A DNA stretch of 64,000 nt from Opitutales bacterium (GCA_965226885.1 CBDDEL010000010.1:64001-128000), one strand, 5' to 3'. Positions 44,424-57,779 are shown, counted from the first letter of the stretch. The notes: generated by a model from the letters alone, not told the origin. Translations and numbers: made by a program.

Positions 44424-44795
44424 TAATACCCAGTCCGTCGGCCAATGAATGTTAGCCTCCAAACAGGTGCCGTCGATCAGGCAAATGGTGGTGTCAATCG
44501 GCTTGTCCAATCCCACCTGCCGGGCCAGAAGGGCATCGGCCACCACCTCAGTCAAGGTCCGGTGCAAGGCCCTCAACTGCTCTTCGCTGAAAAACTTCGA
44601 GGCCCGCTCCAGGGTGCTTCTGGAGATGCCCCTGATGCCATCGATCTGCCGGACACGGCAAAAGTCGGCCAACAGATCGCTGCTGCCCAGAGCCCGCGAC
44701 AAATGCCGAAACGAAATCCCTCCGAGCAGACGGCCCAGCGTATCCATGCGCAGTGCCTTGATGGCAAAACTGGCCCGCTGCCGCCGGGCCTTTAG

Positions 44796-46362
44796 CCCGG
44801 ATATTTCGTAAAAAAAGTATCGTTGATATGCTTAACTGCTGATATACAGCAGGATAGATCAATAATTAAAGCAATATCAGCGATGACAAAAGGTAAACAA
44901 TTAAAGCTACAGTTGACAAGGGTAAAAGGCCGCCGTGTGCGGGTTGATTTCAAGGGCGGAGAGGTTACTTCGGATGCCGGACTGCTTTTGATCCGGGAAG
45001 TGGATCGGCAGTTGGGCTTGACCGAACGAGCGGCCCGACAGTTAGTGGACAAACGGCAGAAGGGCAAAGTACGCCATGAGGTATTGGGGATGCTGCGGCA
45101 GCGCGTTTACGGGCTGGTGGCGGGCTATGAGGATTTGAACGACTTTGATACCCTGCGCCACGATCCATTGTTGCCAACGGTAACGGGGCGCATTGAAACG
45201 TTGGCCAGCGCGCCGACTTTGTGTCGTTTTGAAAACGGGCAGGATCGGCGGGCGGCCTTTGCGGTAAACGAGCTGTTGGTCGAACAGTTCATGGGCTCCT
45301 TTGCCGAGGAACCCGAAGAGATCATCCTGGACTTTGACGCCACCGACAATCCGGTGCACGGGCTCCAGGAGGGACGTTTTTTCCACGGTTATTATGATCA
45401 TTACTGTTTTCTGCCGCTATATGTTTTTTGCGGTGATCAGCTGCTGGTGGCCTACCTGCGGCCGAGCAAGATCGATGCCAGCAAGCATGCCGGGGCCATC
45501 CTCAAATTGCTGGTTAAACGGATTCGCCAAAGCTGGCCCCGTACGCGGATTATTTGGCGCGCCGACAGTGGATTTTGTCGAGACCGGATACTCTCTTGGT
45601 GCGACCGCAACGAAGTTAGTTACATCGTGGGGATGGCTCGCAATGCACGCTTGCAGCAAGACGCCCAGCAGTTGCAAAAGCAGGCCAAAGAATGGTTCGA
45701 ACTAAGGGGTAAAAAACAACGGTTATTCCAGGACTTCGTCTATGCTGCCGATTCGTGGCGATGGCTGCGGTTGGTCATCCATAAAGCCGAACACACCGCA
45801 CAGGGGTCCAACCCGCGCTTCGTGGTGACGAACCTGCCGGGCGATCCCCAGGAGCTTTACGACAAGGTATACTGTGGCCGCGGTGAAATGGAGAACCGAA
45901 TCAAGGAACAGATGCAATTGTTCAGCGAGCGCACCAGCGCCCATCAATGATGGGCCAATCAGTGGCGATTGCTCTTGTCGGCGCTGGCCTACACCTTGAT
46001 GGAAGCCATGCGCCGGTTAGCCTTAAAAGGGACGAAGTGGGCGCGGGCCCAATGCCACACCCTGCGGCTCAAATTAATCAAGATCGGAGCGGTCATCGTG
46101 CGCAACACCCGAACGATTCACTTTCACCTAAGTGAGAGTTATCCTTGGGCCAGTCTTTTCAACCATGCGGCCCGCCGATTGGTGCCAACCTAAAGGGTGC
46201 ATTGGTGCTGCCCCCGGCACTACCGAACCAATGGGGGAAAGGGGGCAGTGTCTCTACACCCTGAAAAACACCTAAAAATCAAGACGATCTGCTCAAAATA
46301 CAAAGAAATCCATCTCCAATAGCAATAACGAGCCAAACTTTACCCTTCATGAAATATCCGGG
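44796..46362 (+). mobile_element. IS1380-family element C, transposase has a TGG>TGA nonsense change at 45948-45950
   Basis: IRs present, TTAG duplication, 1567 bp. Confidence 0.95.
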
Positions 46363-46713
46363 TTAGACCCATTGGCTGCCACCCCTCCAAGGCCAGCTCA
46401 ATGGCCTGCGATTCCACCTCCGAGTCGATCAGCAGCCGATCGATTCGATCAATGGTGGCGCGGAAGTTATCGTAATCGAGGCACCGGTCGACCACAGTTA
46501 AAGCTGGACGCAGGAGGCATTGGATGGCTATATTTTTCATAGAAAGGGCTATATTGATTTTCGCTAACTCAATTATAGAACCCTTTTTTGGCCGGATCGA
46601 GCAAAAACTTGCTCTTTCCGGCTCTTTTTATCAACGTCATCCAGTTGACTATAAAATCTTTATATTTTTGGGACAGCCTCTATATAAGATAGAATATTAA
46701 GATTAAAGAACAA

Positions 46714-46752
46714 TAAAAAGGGCGTCCCGATTGAATCGAGACGCCCTTTTTA
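46714..46752 (-). terminator. Intrinsic terminator after groEL
   Basis: AAAAAGGGCGTC...GACGCCCTTTTT inverted repeat. Confidence 0.8.
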
Positions 46753-46790
46753 ACTGCGTTAAATGTTTTAGTTATGCGTTCGGGAACGGC

Positions 46791-48464
<1,674 letters not shown>

Positions 48465-48471
48465 TTAAGTG

Positions 48472-48765
48472 TTATTCTACGATTCCAAGAATGTCGTCCT
48501 CGCGCACCAGAGTATAGGTCACGTCGTCGAGCTTGACTTCCGTTCCTCCATACTTGCTGACGATTACGCGGTCGCCCACTTTGACGGAAAATTCGATCAC
48601 ATTGCCGTCATCATCCTTTTTTCCCGTGCCCAGGGCTACCACTTCGGCCTCCTGCGGTTTTTCCTTGGCGGTATCTGGAATGATAATTCCGCCCTTTACT
48701 TGTTCGTCTTCTTCAATCGCTTTGATGAGAACACGATCTCCGAGAGGTTTTATATTAACTTTCAT
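48472..48765 (-). CDS. groES: Co-chaperonin GroES
   Basis: [22 protein letters not shown]. Confidence 0.98.
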   Translation of the reverse strand: MKVNIKPLGDRVLIKAIEEDEQVKGGIIIPDTAKEKPQEAEVVALGTGKKDDDGNVIEFSVKVGDRVIVSKYGGTEVKLDDVTYTLVREDDILGIVE

Positions 48766-48873
48766 AATGAGTCGTTTATTTTATACTTTATTTTTAGGTT
48801 TTGAGATATTGATTAAGGTTGTTAGCTTTATGCTATTCGTTTGAAAAGTCTGTTGCCCGAATGAAATACTAAT

Positions 48874-50841
48874 TTACTTTTTATCGTCGTCGACCATTTC
48901 AAAATCGGCATCGACGACATCATCATCGTCCGGCTTCTTGGCTCCGGCCTCGGCTGAAGAATCCTGGCCGCCTTCCTCTCCTGGCTGATCGGCACTGGGT
49001 GCTGCGTCTCCCTGGGCTTGGGCCTGGGACTGGGCATACATTTCCTTTACGGCCGCTTCCATGTCGGGGTCGTTTTGCAGTTTATCCAAGGCCGCCTTTA
49101 TCTGATCCACATCATTGGATTCGAGAGCTTTCTTGGCCTCCGCAATCGTCGCTTCGATGGGGCCCTTTGTATCCTCGGAAATCTTATCGCCGCTTTCCTT
49201 GAGGAGTTTTTCGGTCTGGTAAATGGCGCTGTCCAGTTGATTGCGTGTTTCCACCGCTTCCTTGTTTTTGCGGTCTTCCTCTGCGTGGGTCTCCGCTTCC
49301 TGCTGCATGCGTTCGATCTCTTCCTGACTCAGGCCAGATGAGCCGCTGATGGTGATTTTCTGATCCCGGCCCGTGCCCAGATCTTTCGCCGTGACGTGCA
49401 ATATGCCATTGGCGTCGATATCGAAAGTGACTTCGATTTGCGGCACACCCCGGGACGATGGGGGAATCCCATCAAGCTTGAAATTACCCAGCATTTTATT
49501 GTCGCGGGCCATCGGGCGTTCGCCCTGCAAAACACGTATATCGACGCTCGGCTGGTTGTCCGAGGCGGTGGAAAAGGGTTGGGACTTTTTGGTCGGTATG
49601 GTGGTGTTGCGCTCGATCATGGGCGTCGAAATACCCCCTTCGGTCTCGATGTTGAGGGTCAATGGCGTAACATCGAGCAGCAGTACTGAATCCACTTCGC
49701 CACTCAAAACGGCTCCCTGGATGGCAGCGCCGATGGCCACCACTTCATCGGGGTTGACCCCCTTATGCGGTTCCCTTCCGGCCAATTCATGAGCCACTTC
49801 GAGAATCTTTGGGCTGCGCGTCATGCCGCCCACCAAAACGATGTTGCTGATATCGCCGACTTCGAGTTCGGCGTCCTTCAGGCACTCTTTGAACGGCCCT
49901 ATTGTGCGCGCATAAAGATCATCGCAAAGCTGCTCCAGCTTGGCCCGTGTAAAGGTCACATTCAAGTGCTTGGGCCCGGTGGCGTCAGCCGTTATAAAAG
50001 GCAGGTTAATTTCAGTCTGCTGGGCCGAAGAAAGAGCGATTTTTGCTTTCTCAGCTTCTTCTTTGAGTCTTTGCAAGGCCATCGGGTCCTGTTTAAGGTC
50101 GATACCGTTTTCCTTTCTAAAATCATCCACCAGCCAATCGATGATGGCGGTGTCCCAGTTGTCGCCTCCCAGATGCGTGTCGCCCTTGGTGGCATGCACT
50201 TCAAAAACACTCTCCGCGATCTCCAGAATCGATATGTCGTAAGTGCCGCCGCCCAGGTCGTAAACGGCGATCGTTTCATCGGCCTTCTTTTCCAGCCCGT
50301 AAGCCAGGGAAGCTGCCGTCGGCTCGTTGATGATGCGTTTCACATCGAACCCGGCGATGGCCCCGGCGTCCTTGGTCGCCTGCCGCTGGGCGTCATTAAA
50401 ATAAGCCGGCACGGTAATGACCGCTTCGATGATCTTTTCCCCCAGGTAGGCCTCGGCATCGGCCTTCATTTTGCTCAAGATCATGGAAGAAATCTGCTCT
50501 GGGGAGAATTTTTCAGTTTTGCCACCGGACTGGCATTCAATCCAGGCATCACCATTTTTCCCCTCCACTATCTTAAAAGGAATATTTCGGGACTCCTCTT
50601 GAACTTCGTTAAATTTGCGGCCAATGAGTCTTTTGGCGGAAAAAATCGTGTTTTGCGGGTTGGTCACGGCCTGCCTTTTGGCTGCCTGGCCGACCAGCCG
50701 TTCACCCGTTTTACTAAAAGCCACCACCGACGGCGTAGTCCGGGCGCCCTCTGAATTGGGCACCACGACCGGCTCTCCGCCCTCCATGATGGCCATACAG
50801 GAATTGGTGGTTCCCAAATCGATACCTAATACCTTGCTCAC
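48874..50841 (-). CDS. dnaK: Chaperone DnaK (GTG start)
   Basis: [29 protein letters not shown]. Confidence 0.98.
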   Translation of the reverse strand: MSKVLGIDLGTTNSCMAIMEGGEPVVVPNSEGARTTPSVVAFSKTGERLVGQAAKRQAVTNPQNTIFSAKRLIGRKFNEVQEESRNIPFKIVEGKNGDAWIECQSGGKTEKFSPEQISSMILSKMKADAEAYLGEKIIEAVITVPAYFNDAQRQATKDAGAIAGFDVKRIINEPTAASLAYGLEKKADETIAVYDLGGGTYDISILEIAESVFEVHATKGDTHLGGDNWDTAIIDWLVDDFRKENGIDLKQDPMALQRLKEEAEKAKIALSSAQQTEINLPFITADATGPKHLNVTFTRAKLEQLCDDLYARTIGPFKECLKDAELEVGDISNIVLVGGMTRSPKILEVAHELAGREPHKGVNPDEVVAIGAAIQGAVLSGEVDSVLLLDVTPLTLNIETEGGISTPMIERNTTIPTKKSQPFSTASDNQPSVDIRVLQGERPMARDNKMLGNFKLDGIPPSSRGVPQIEVTFDIDANGILHVTAKDLGTGRDQKITISGSSGLSQEEIERMQQEAETHAEEDRKNKEAVETRNQLDSAIYQTEKLLKESGDKISEDTKGPIEATIAEAKKALESNDVDQIKAALDKLQNDPDMEAAVKEMYAQSQAQAQGDAAPSADQPGEEGGQDSSAEAGAKKPDDDDVVDADFEMVDDDKK

Positions 50842-50852
50842 GCCAACCCATA

Positions 50853-50870
50853 TAGCACTATACGTGCCAA
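50853..50870 (-). promoter_or_regulatory. sigma54 (-24/-12) promoter
   Basis: TTGGCACGTATAGTGCTA has GG-N10-GC spacing and matches YTGGCACG-N4-TTGCW at all but one position. Confidence 0.75.
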
Positions 50871-51048
50871 CGGTTATAATATACTCACAACTACTTGTTT
50901 ACTAAGCAGTTATAAAATATTATCGACTATGTCGGAAACTTCGCTTTCCATGCAACCATGCCAAATTGTCCCATATTCTTGTCACAGTAAAGCGCCGCGC
51001 GCCCACTCTGTCACACTTGCACAAATTTCAATACGACCTGCTCAATAC

Positions 51049-51339
51049 GTGAGAACCTCCCAAAAAAAATCAAAAAAAGTTGACTACCAAGCCCTCAATT
51101 CCGGCTTGATGAAAATACCCCGCATCCAGGTAGCGGTCGTGCGCGACCTGCTTGATATTGGCTTCGAGGAAGTGGAAGAACTCAAAGGCCGCGCTCCCGA
51201 AGCTCTTTTTGAAGATTTGCGAAAAAAGAATCCCGAGGCCCCCAAAGACCGCCTTTACGCCTTCCGCATGGCCGTTTACTACGCCGAAACACCCGACCCC
51301 GACCCCAAACGCCTCCACCCCTGGGCCTGGCAAGACTGA
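51049..51339 (+). CDS. Cdd1/McrB-like helix-hairpin-helix protein
   Basis: DLLDIG...ELKGRAPEALF...FRMAVYYAE...WAW pattern. Start uncertain. Confidence 0.7.
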   Translation: MRTSQKKSKKVDYQALNSGLMKIPRIQVAVVRDLLDIGFEEVEELKGRAPEALFEDLRKKNPEAPKDRLYAFRMAVYYAETPDPDPKRLHPWAWQD

Positions 51340-51542
51340 GGCGGGCAGTGGCAAATGCAATTGTCAGTCCGCAGTCAAAGTGCCCCCCATTGTTTCATAA
51401 TTATTGAGTAGAAACATTCTGAATGCGGCATAAACAACCATAATAACGCTCTCTCAATCCATTTTTACGATTTTCAGGTTATTTCATCCATTTCTTGAGT
51501 TTGTGAGCTTGTATTTCAGAATTAGATAGTTAGTTTCTCTAA

Positions 51543-51815
51543 ATGGCTTCTTCTCCCAAGTTGTCACGACTTCTGCATTGGTGGTTCGCCATCATTTCAG
51601 GTTTTCTACTGCTCGCTTCCTCAATGAGAACAGAGTCTGAGGAATTTTCAGAACTCAAGGCGAGAGCGGTATCAAATGGAAATGTCACCTTAGGCTTTGA
51701 AGCAAATCTTGGCCAGATCCATGACGGCATCGATTTCCTTGCCCGGGGAAATGGATTATTCTGTATTTTTGAAACCTTCAGAAGCAGTAATCAAATCGCG
51801 GAAATCTCGGTTTAA
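51543..51815 (+). pseudogene. Remnant N-terminus of an SBBP/beta-propeller-type surface protein
   Basis: LGFEANLGQ...FLARG, continuing as GYSVFLKPSEAV after a 1-nt shift near 51755. Confidence 0.55.
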
Positions 51816-52222
51816 AAATCTGACATTAGATACAGTAAAACGCCGATAGCGGGAAAAGAATACGACCATGCAGATAAAGATTCATATGTTCTTGCTTTTT
51901 GCATTCATGGCAGTCTTCGCCTCTATCGGGCACGTCGCCAACGCGCAGACGCCTATCCCGGATAGCGCTCTTGAGGTTGCTATTCGCAATTCTTTAGGGA
52001 AACCTACGGGCGATATTACCGCCGCCGACATGGAATCGCTGACCAACCTTTCGGCCTCCTTCAGTGGCATCTCCGACCTGACCGGCTTGGAGGCGGCCGT
52101 GAATCTGACCTCGCTAGACCTCCCCGGCACCCAGATCAGTGATATCGGCACCCTGAGCGGACTCACCAACCTGACATCTCTAAACCTCTCCGTCAATCAG
52201 ATCAACGATATTAGCGCCCTAA

Positions 52223-53795
52223 CCCGGATATTTCATGAAGGGTAAAGTTTGGCTCGTTATTGCTATTGGAGATGGAGATGGATTTCTTTGTATTTTGAGC
52301 AGATCGTCTTGATTTTTAGGTGTTTTTCAGGGTGTAGAGACACTGCCCCCTTTCCCCCATTGGTTCGGTAGTGCCGGGGGCAGCACCAATGCACCCTTTA
52401 GGTTGGCACCAATCGGCGGGCCGCATGGTTGAAAAGACTGGCCCAAGGATAACTCTCACTTAGGTGAAAGTGAATCGTTCGGGTGTTGCGCACGATGACC
52501 GCTCCGATCTTGATTAATTTGAGCCGCAGGGTGTGCCATTGGGCCCGCGCCCACTTCGTCCCTTTTAAGGCTAACCGGCGCATGGCTTCCATCAAGGTGT
52601 AGGCCAGCGCCGACAAGAGCAATCGCCACTGATTGGCCCACCATTGATGGGCGCTGGTGCGCTCGCTGAACAATTGCATCTGTTCCTTGATTCGGTTCTC
52701 CATTTCACCGCGGCCACAGTATACCTTGTCGTAAAGCTCCTGGGGATCGCCCGGCAGGTTCGTCACCACGAAGCGCGGGTTGGACCCCTGTGCGGTGTGT
52801 TCGGCTTTATGGATGACCAACCGCAGCCATCGCCACGAATCGACAGCATAGACGAAGTCCTGGAATAACCGTTGTTTTTTACCCCTTAGTTCGAACCATT
52901 CTTTGGCCTGCTTTTGCAACTGCTGGGCGTCTTGCTGCAAGCGTGCATTGCGAGCCATCCCCACGATGTAACTAACTTCGTAGCGGTCGCACCAAGAGAG
53001 TATCCGGTCTCGACAAAATCCACTGTCGGCGCGCCAAATAATCCGCGTACGGGGCCAGCTTTGGCGCATCCGTTTAACCAGCAATTTGAGGATGGCCCCG
53101 GCATGCTTGCTGGCATCGATCTTGCTCGGCCGCAGGTAGGCCACCAGCAGCTGATCACCGCAAAAAACATATAGCGGCAGAAAACAGTAATGATCATAAT
53201 AACCGTGGAAAAAACGTCCCTCCTGGAGCCCGTGCACCGGATTGTCGGTGGCGTCAAAGTCCAGGATGATCTCTTCGGGTTCCTCGGCAAAGGAGCCCAT
53301 GAACTGTTCGACCAACAGCTCGTTTACCGCAAAGGCCGCCCGCCGATCCTGCCCGTTTTCAAAACGACACACAGTCGGCGCGCTGGCCAACGTTTCAATG
53401 CGCCCCGTTACCGTTTGCAACAATGGATCGTGGCGCAGGGTATCAAAGTCGTTCAAATCCTCATAGCCCGCCACCAGCCCGTAAACGCGCTGCCGCAGCA
53501 TCCCCAATACCTCATGGCGTACTTTGCCCTTCTGCCGTTTGTCCACTAACTGTCGGGCCGCTCGTTCGGTCAAGCCCAACTGCCGATCCACTTCCCGGAT
53601 CAAAAGCAGTCCGGCATCCGAAGTAACCTCTCCGCCCTTGAAATCAACCCGCACACGGCGGCCTTTTACCCTTGTCAACTGTAGCTTTAATTGTTTACCT
53701 TTTGTCATCGCTGATATTGCTTTAATTATTGATCTATCCTGCTGTATATCAGCAGTTAAGCATATCAACGATACTTTTTTTACGAAATATCCGGG
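52223..53795 (-). mobile_element. IS1380-family element D (open transposase)
   Basis: IRs present. CTAA duplication at 52219-52222 and 53796-53799. Confidence 0.95.
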
Positions 53796-53799
53796 CTAA

Positions 53800-54230
53800 G
53801 CGGGCTCACCAACCTGACATCTCTAAACCTCTCCGGCAACCAGCTCAACGATATTAGCGCCCTGAGCGGGCTCGCCAGCCTAACATTGCTATTCCTCAAT
53901 TTCAGCCAGATCAGCGATATCAGCGCCCTGAGCGGGCTCACCAGCCTGATAGAGCTATACCTCTGGAACAACCAGATCAGGGATATCACCGCCCTGAGCG
54001 GGCTCACCAGCCTGAAAACGTTACGCCTTGGCGACAATCAGATCAGCAATATTAGCGCCCTGAGCGGGCTCACCAGCCTGATAGAGCTAAACCTCGGCTA
54101 CAACCAGAGCAACGATATCAGCGCCCTGAGCGGGCTCACCAGCCTGATAGAGCTATACCTCACCAACAACCAGCTCAGTGATATTAGTGCATTATCTGAA
54201 TTAACTAATCTTGTTTACCTGGATATTAGA
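53800..54230 (+). repeat. 66-bp coding tandem repeats (LRR units)
   Basis: Recurrent GAT AT(C/T) AGC GCC CTG AGC GGG CTC ACC AGC CTG with a 66-nt period. Confidence 0.9.
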
Positions 54231-54353
54231 ACCAACTATCTCGATCTGCGGGAAGATTCGCGGGCACGGCAAGTTGTTGATGGACTACAAGTCAATGGCA
54301 CGGTAGTTGTTTATGACAATCAGCAGATTAAATTATCCCTACAAGTTCATTAG

Positions 54354-55920
54354 CCCGGATATTTCGTAAAAAAAGTATCGTTGATATGCTTAACTGCTGA
54401 TATACAGCAGGATAGATCAATAATTAAAGCAATATCAGCGATGACAAAAGGTAAACAATTAAAGCTACAGTTGACAAGGGTAAAAGGCCGCCGTGTGCGG
54501 GTTGATTTCAAGGGCGGAGAGGTTACTTCGGATGCCGGACTGCTTTTGATCCGGGAAGTGGATCGGCAGTTGGGCTTGACCGAACGAGCGGCCCGACAGT
54601 TAGTGGACAAACGGCAGAAGGGCAAAGTACGCCATGAGGTATTGGGGATGCTGCGGCAGCGCGTTTACGGGCTGGTGGCGGGCTATGAGGATTTGAACGA
54701 CTTTGATACCCTGCGCCACGATCCATTGTTGCAAACGGTAACGGGGCGCATTGAAACGTTGGCCAGCGCGCCGACTGTGTGTCGTTTTGAAAACGGGCAG
54801 GATCGGCGGGCGGCCTTTGCGGTAAACGAGCTGTTGGTCGAACAGTTCATGGGCTCCTTTGCCGAGGAACCCGAAGAGATCATCCTGGACTTTGACGCCA
54901 CCGACAATCCGGTGCACGGGCTCCAGGAGGGACGTTTTTTCCACGGTTATTATGATCATTACTGTTTTCTGCCGCTATATGTTTTTTGCGGTGATCAGCT
55001 GCTGGTGGCCTACCTGCGGCCGAGCAAGATCGATGCCAGCAAGCATGCCGGGGCCATCCTCAAATTGCTGGTTAAACGGATTCGCCAAAGCTGGCCCCGT
55101 ACGCGGATTATTTGGCGCGCCGACAGTGGATTTTGTCGAGACCGGATACTCTCTTGGTGCGACCGCAACGAAGTTAGTTACATCGTGGGGATGGCTCGCA
55201 ATGCACGCTTGCAGCAAGACGCCCAGCAGTTGCAAAAGCAGGCCAAAGAATGGTTCGAACTAAGGGGTAAAAAACAACGGTTATTCCAGGACTTCGTCTA
55301 TGCTGCCGATTCGTGGCGATGGCTGCGGTTGGTCATCCATAAAGCCGAACACACCGCACAGGGGTCCAACCCGCGCTTCGTGGTGACGAACCTGCCGGGC
55401 GATCCCCAGGAGCTTTACGACAAGGTATACTGTGGCCGCGGTGAAATGGAGAACCGAATCAAGGAACAGATGCAATTGTTCAGCGAGCGCACCAGCGCCC
55501 ATCAATGGTGGGCCAATCAGTGCCGATTGCTCTTGTCGGCGCTGGCCTACACCTTGATGGAAGCCATGCGCCGGTTAGCCTTAAAAGGGACGAAGTGGGC
55601 GCGGGCCCAATGCCACACCCTGCGGCTCAAATTAATCAAGATCGGAGCGGTCATCGTGCGCAACACCCGAACGATTCACTTTCACCTAAGTGAGAGTTAT
55701 CCTTGGGCCAGTCTTTTCAACCATGCGGCCCGCCGATTGGTGCCAACCTAAAGGGTGCATTGGTGCTGCCCCCGGCACTACCGAACCAATGGGGGAAAGG
55801 GGGCAGTGTCTCTACACCCTGAAAAACACCTAAAAATCAAGACGATCTGCTCAAAATACAAAGAAATCCATCTCCAATAGCAATAACGAGCCAAACTTTA
55901 CCCTTCATGAAATATCCGGG
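54354..55920 (+). mobile_element. IS1380-family element E (open transposase)
   Basis: IRs present. TTAG duplication at 54350-54353 and 55921-55924. Confidence 0.95.
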
Positions 55921-56028
55921 TTAGGATCATGCTGGATGCCGCTATTTCTGAAATATTCATGCTTTCGTAGCCTTTTACGGCGGACGCTTCTTCCGGGGTT
56001 GGTTGGGTTTATTGAGTTTTGAGGGCGG

Positions 56029-56631
56029 TCAGTGGTTGAGCAGGCTGGAGCCTAGGTCCACTGCGAAGATGAGGATGAGGGCGTATAGGAGGAGGGCGAG
56101 GAGCCCGGCCAGGCAGGCCCCAGCGGCGAAGAGGCCGTCGTCTTCGGTCAGGCCGATGCCGATGAGGAAGATGACTCCGGCCGGGGCGGTGTTGGTCAGC
56201 GGGATGGGCAAAATCATGAGCAGGGACATGAGGATGACCAAGACGCCCATAAGCGGCAGACCCCAGGGGCCCGCGATCCAGGACAGGCGGGGGCGAATGA
56301 GGTGTTCGAAACGGGAAAAAACTTTATGCCCGGCGTGAAACATTTTAACGGCGAGAGTGCGGTTGATATTTTTTCGCCCGGCCCAGGCCGGCAGCCAGAG
56401 GGTTTTCCGCCCGAAGAGCATTTGCAGACCGATGATGGTCAAGAGCAGCCCGAAGGGTGTGCTATAACCGGCGGCTGGAATGGGCAGGGCGCTGGGCAGT
56501 GAGAGGACGATGAGCAACAGCCCGTAACCCTTGTCCCCGATCTGGCGGATGATTTGACCGAGGGATAGGTCGCCTTTCTGCGAATAGGCGGCCATGCGTT
56601 GGAGAATGGCGGACAGGCTTTCCTGGTGCAT
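56029..56631 (-). CDS. exoD: Exopolysaccharide synthesis ExoD family protein
   Basis: GYGLLLIVLSLP, QMLFGRKTLWLP, RPRL, LPIPLTNTAP, EDDG. Confidence 0.85.
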   Translation of the reverse strand: MHQESLSAILQRMAAYSQKGDLSLGQIIRQIGDKGYGLLLIVLSLPSALPIPAAGYSTPFGLLLTIIGLQMLFGRKTLWLPAWAGRKNINRTLAVKMFHAGHKVFSRFEHLIRPRLSWIAGPWGLPLMGVLVILMSLLMILPIPLTNTAPAGVIFLIGIGLTEDDGLFAAGACLAGLLALLLYALILIFAVDLGSSLLNH

Positions 56632-56807
56632 AAGAATGGGGACTTTATTCGGTTTTGGGCCAGGGATTGGCAAGCCTTAAACGGGCATTGTTACCCTACC
56701 GCATGACGGCCTAAAGAAACGAGGGACGATTTCATATTGTCTCGCCTGGGGGAAGAGGTTGTTGCTATTTTAACGAATATGAATGTTGAAAAGGCGTTGG
56801 CGCAGAC

Positions 56808-57386
56808 GTGAGAATCGGGTTTTTAGGTGGCACTTTTGACCCCGTGCATTGGGGGCATCTGATAAAGGCCCAGGATGCTTTGGAGGCATTGGGTCTGGAG
56901 CGTGTGTATTTTATTCCCGCGGCTGCCAATCCTTTAAAGGAGGAACCGCCGGTGGCCGCATCAAGTGAGCGCAGGGCCTTGCTGGAATTGGCCCTGGAAG
57001 GGGAAAAAAAATTCGAGCTGCTGGACCTGGAATTGGGCTCGACAGGGCCGAGCTATACCGTCGATACGGTTCGGCGGCTGATTAGCCGGTTTCCCGGCGA
57101 CCGGCTTTTCTGGATCATTGGATCGGATCAGTTGAAGGGATTGCAGCGCTGGCGGGCCATTGAGGAACTGGCCGGATTGATTGAATTTGCCTGTCTGAGG
57201 CGGCCCGGTCATCCCTTTGAATATCCTGGCATTGCGGGATTGCGCCTGCATCCAATCGAAGGGCATGTCTGTGAGATCAGTTCCACCGAAATCCGGGAGC
57301 GGTCGAAAAAAGGGCAATACTTCGGCTTGTTTTTACCGAAAAAAGTCCTAAGTTATATAAAAAGTAATAAAATTTATAGTTGTTAA
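56808..57386 (+). CDS. nadD: Nicotinate-nucleotide adenylyltransferase
   Basis: GGTFDPVHWGH, SYTVDT, IIGSD, ISSTEIR. Confidence 0.95.
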   Translation: MRIGFLGGTFDPVHWGHLIKAQDALEALGLERVYFIPAAANPLKEEPPVAASSERRALLELALEGEKKFELLDLELGSTGPSYTVDTVRRLISRFPGDRLFWIIGSDQLKGLQRWRAIEELAGLIEFACLRRPGHPFEYPGIAGLRLHPIEGHVCEISSTEIRERSKKGQYFGLFLPKKVLSYIKSNKIYSC

Positions 57387-57401
57387 GTTAAGAACCACCG
57401 A

Positions 57402-57779
57402 ATGCCCGACGAGGAAATAAACGAAGAAATACTGGAGCAAGTCAGAACCTGCTGCCGGGCATTGGACGATAAAAAAGCGGACGACCTGGTGGTTCTCGAT
57501 CTACGAGAACGCTCCTCCATCACCGACTATTTCATTATAGCCTCGGGCAAGTCTTCACCCCACCTGAGGGCCTTGCAAAACAACCTGCGGGAAATCCTCA
57601 AGAAACGGAATATCGAGGTTTTGGGGACCGATTCAAACACGGACAGCGGGTGGGTCGTGGTCGATGCTTTCGATTTCATGGTCCACCTCTTCAACCCGGA
57701 AATGAGGGAGTATTACAGCCTGGAAAACCTGTGGAAGGATTCTCCCCGGGTTGCTGTCGAGGAGATCGTGGGCGTTTAA
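57402..57779 (+). CDS. rsfS: Ribosome silencing factor
   Basis: DKKA.D..VLD, TDYFIIASG, WVVVD, REYYSLENLW. Follows nadD. Confidence 0.95.
   Translation: MPDEEINEEILEQVRTCCRALDDKKADDLVVLDLRERSSITDYFIIASGKSSPHLRALQNNLREILKKRNIEVLGTDSNTDSGWVVVDAFDFMVHLFNPEMREYYSLENLWKDSPRVAVEEIVGV

Larger units (their letters stand above)
42159..46680 (-). mobile_element. ISNCY/IS5-like element copy 2 carrying nested IS630 and IS1380
   Basis: Same IRs as copy 1, TATATA on both flanks. Transposase in three pieces (46540-46363, 44795-44424, 43292-42354). Confidence 0.92.
51868..54353 (+). pseudogene. Secreted internalin-like LRR protein interrupted by IS1380-D
   Basis: Signal peptide, cap IPDSALEVAIR..L, about ten 22-aa LRRs. 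Removing the IS and one CTAA restores a 302-aa frame. Confidence 0.9.

Noticed and set aside
50853..50870. CIRCE (HrcA) operator upstream of dnaK
   Set aside because: It has TAGCAC/GTGCCA half-site resemblance but is far shorter than TTAGCACTC-N9-GAGTGCTAA. The sigma54 consensus fits better.
53800..54230. 66-bp periodic repeats as a CRISPR array or DGR target
   Set aside because: They are in-frame LRR coding units with no unique spacers, and no cas or reverse transcriptase genes are in the window.
52223..55920. IS1380 D and E as a composite transposon
   Set aside because: Each has its own duplication and the enclosed DNA is just the 3' half of the LRR gene, which fits independent insertions.
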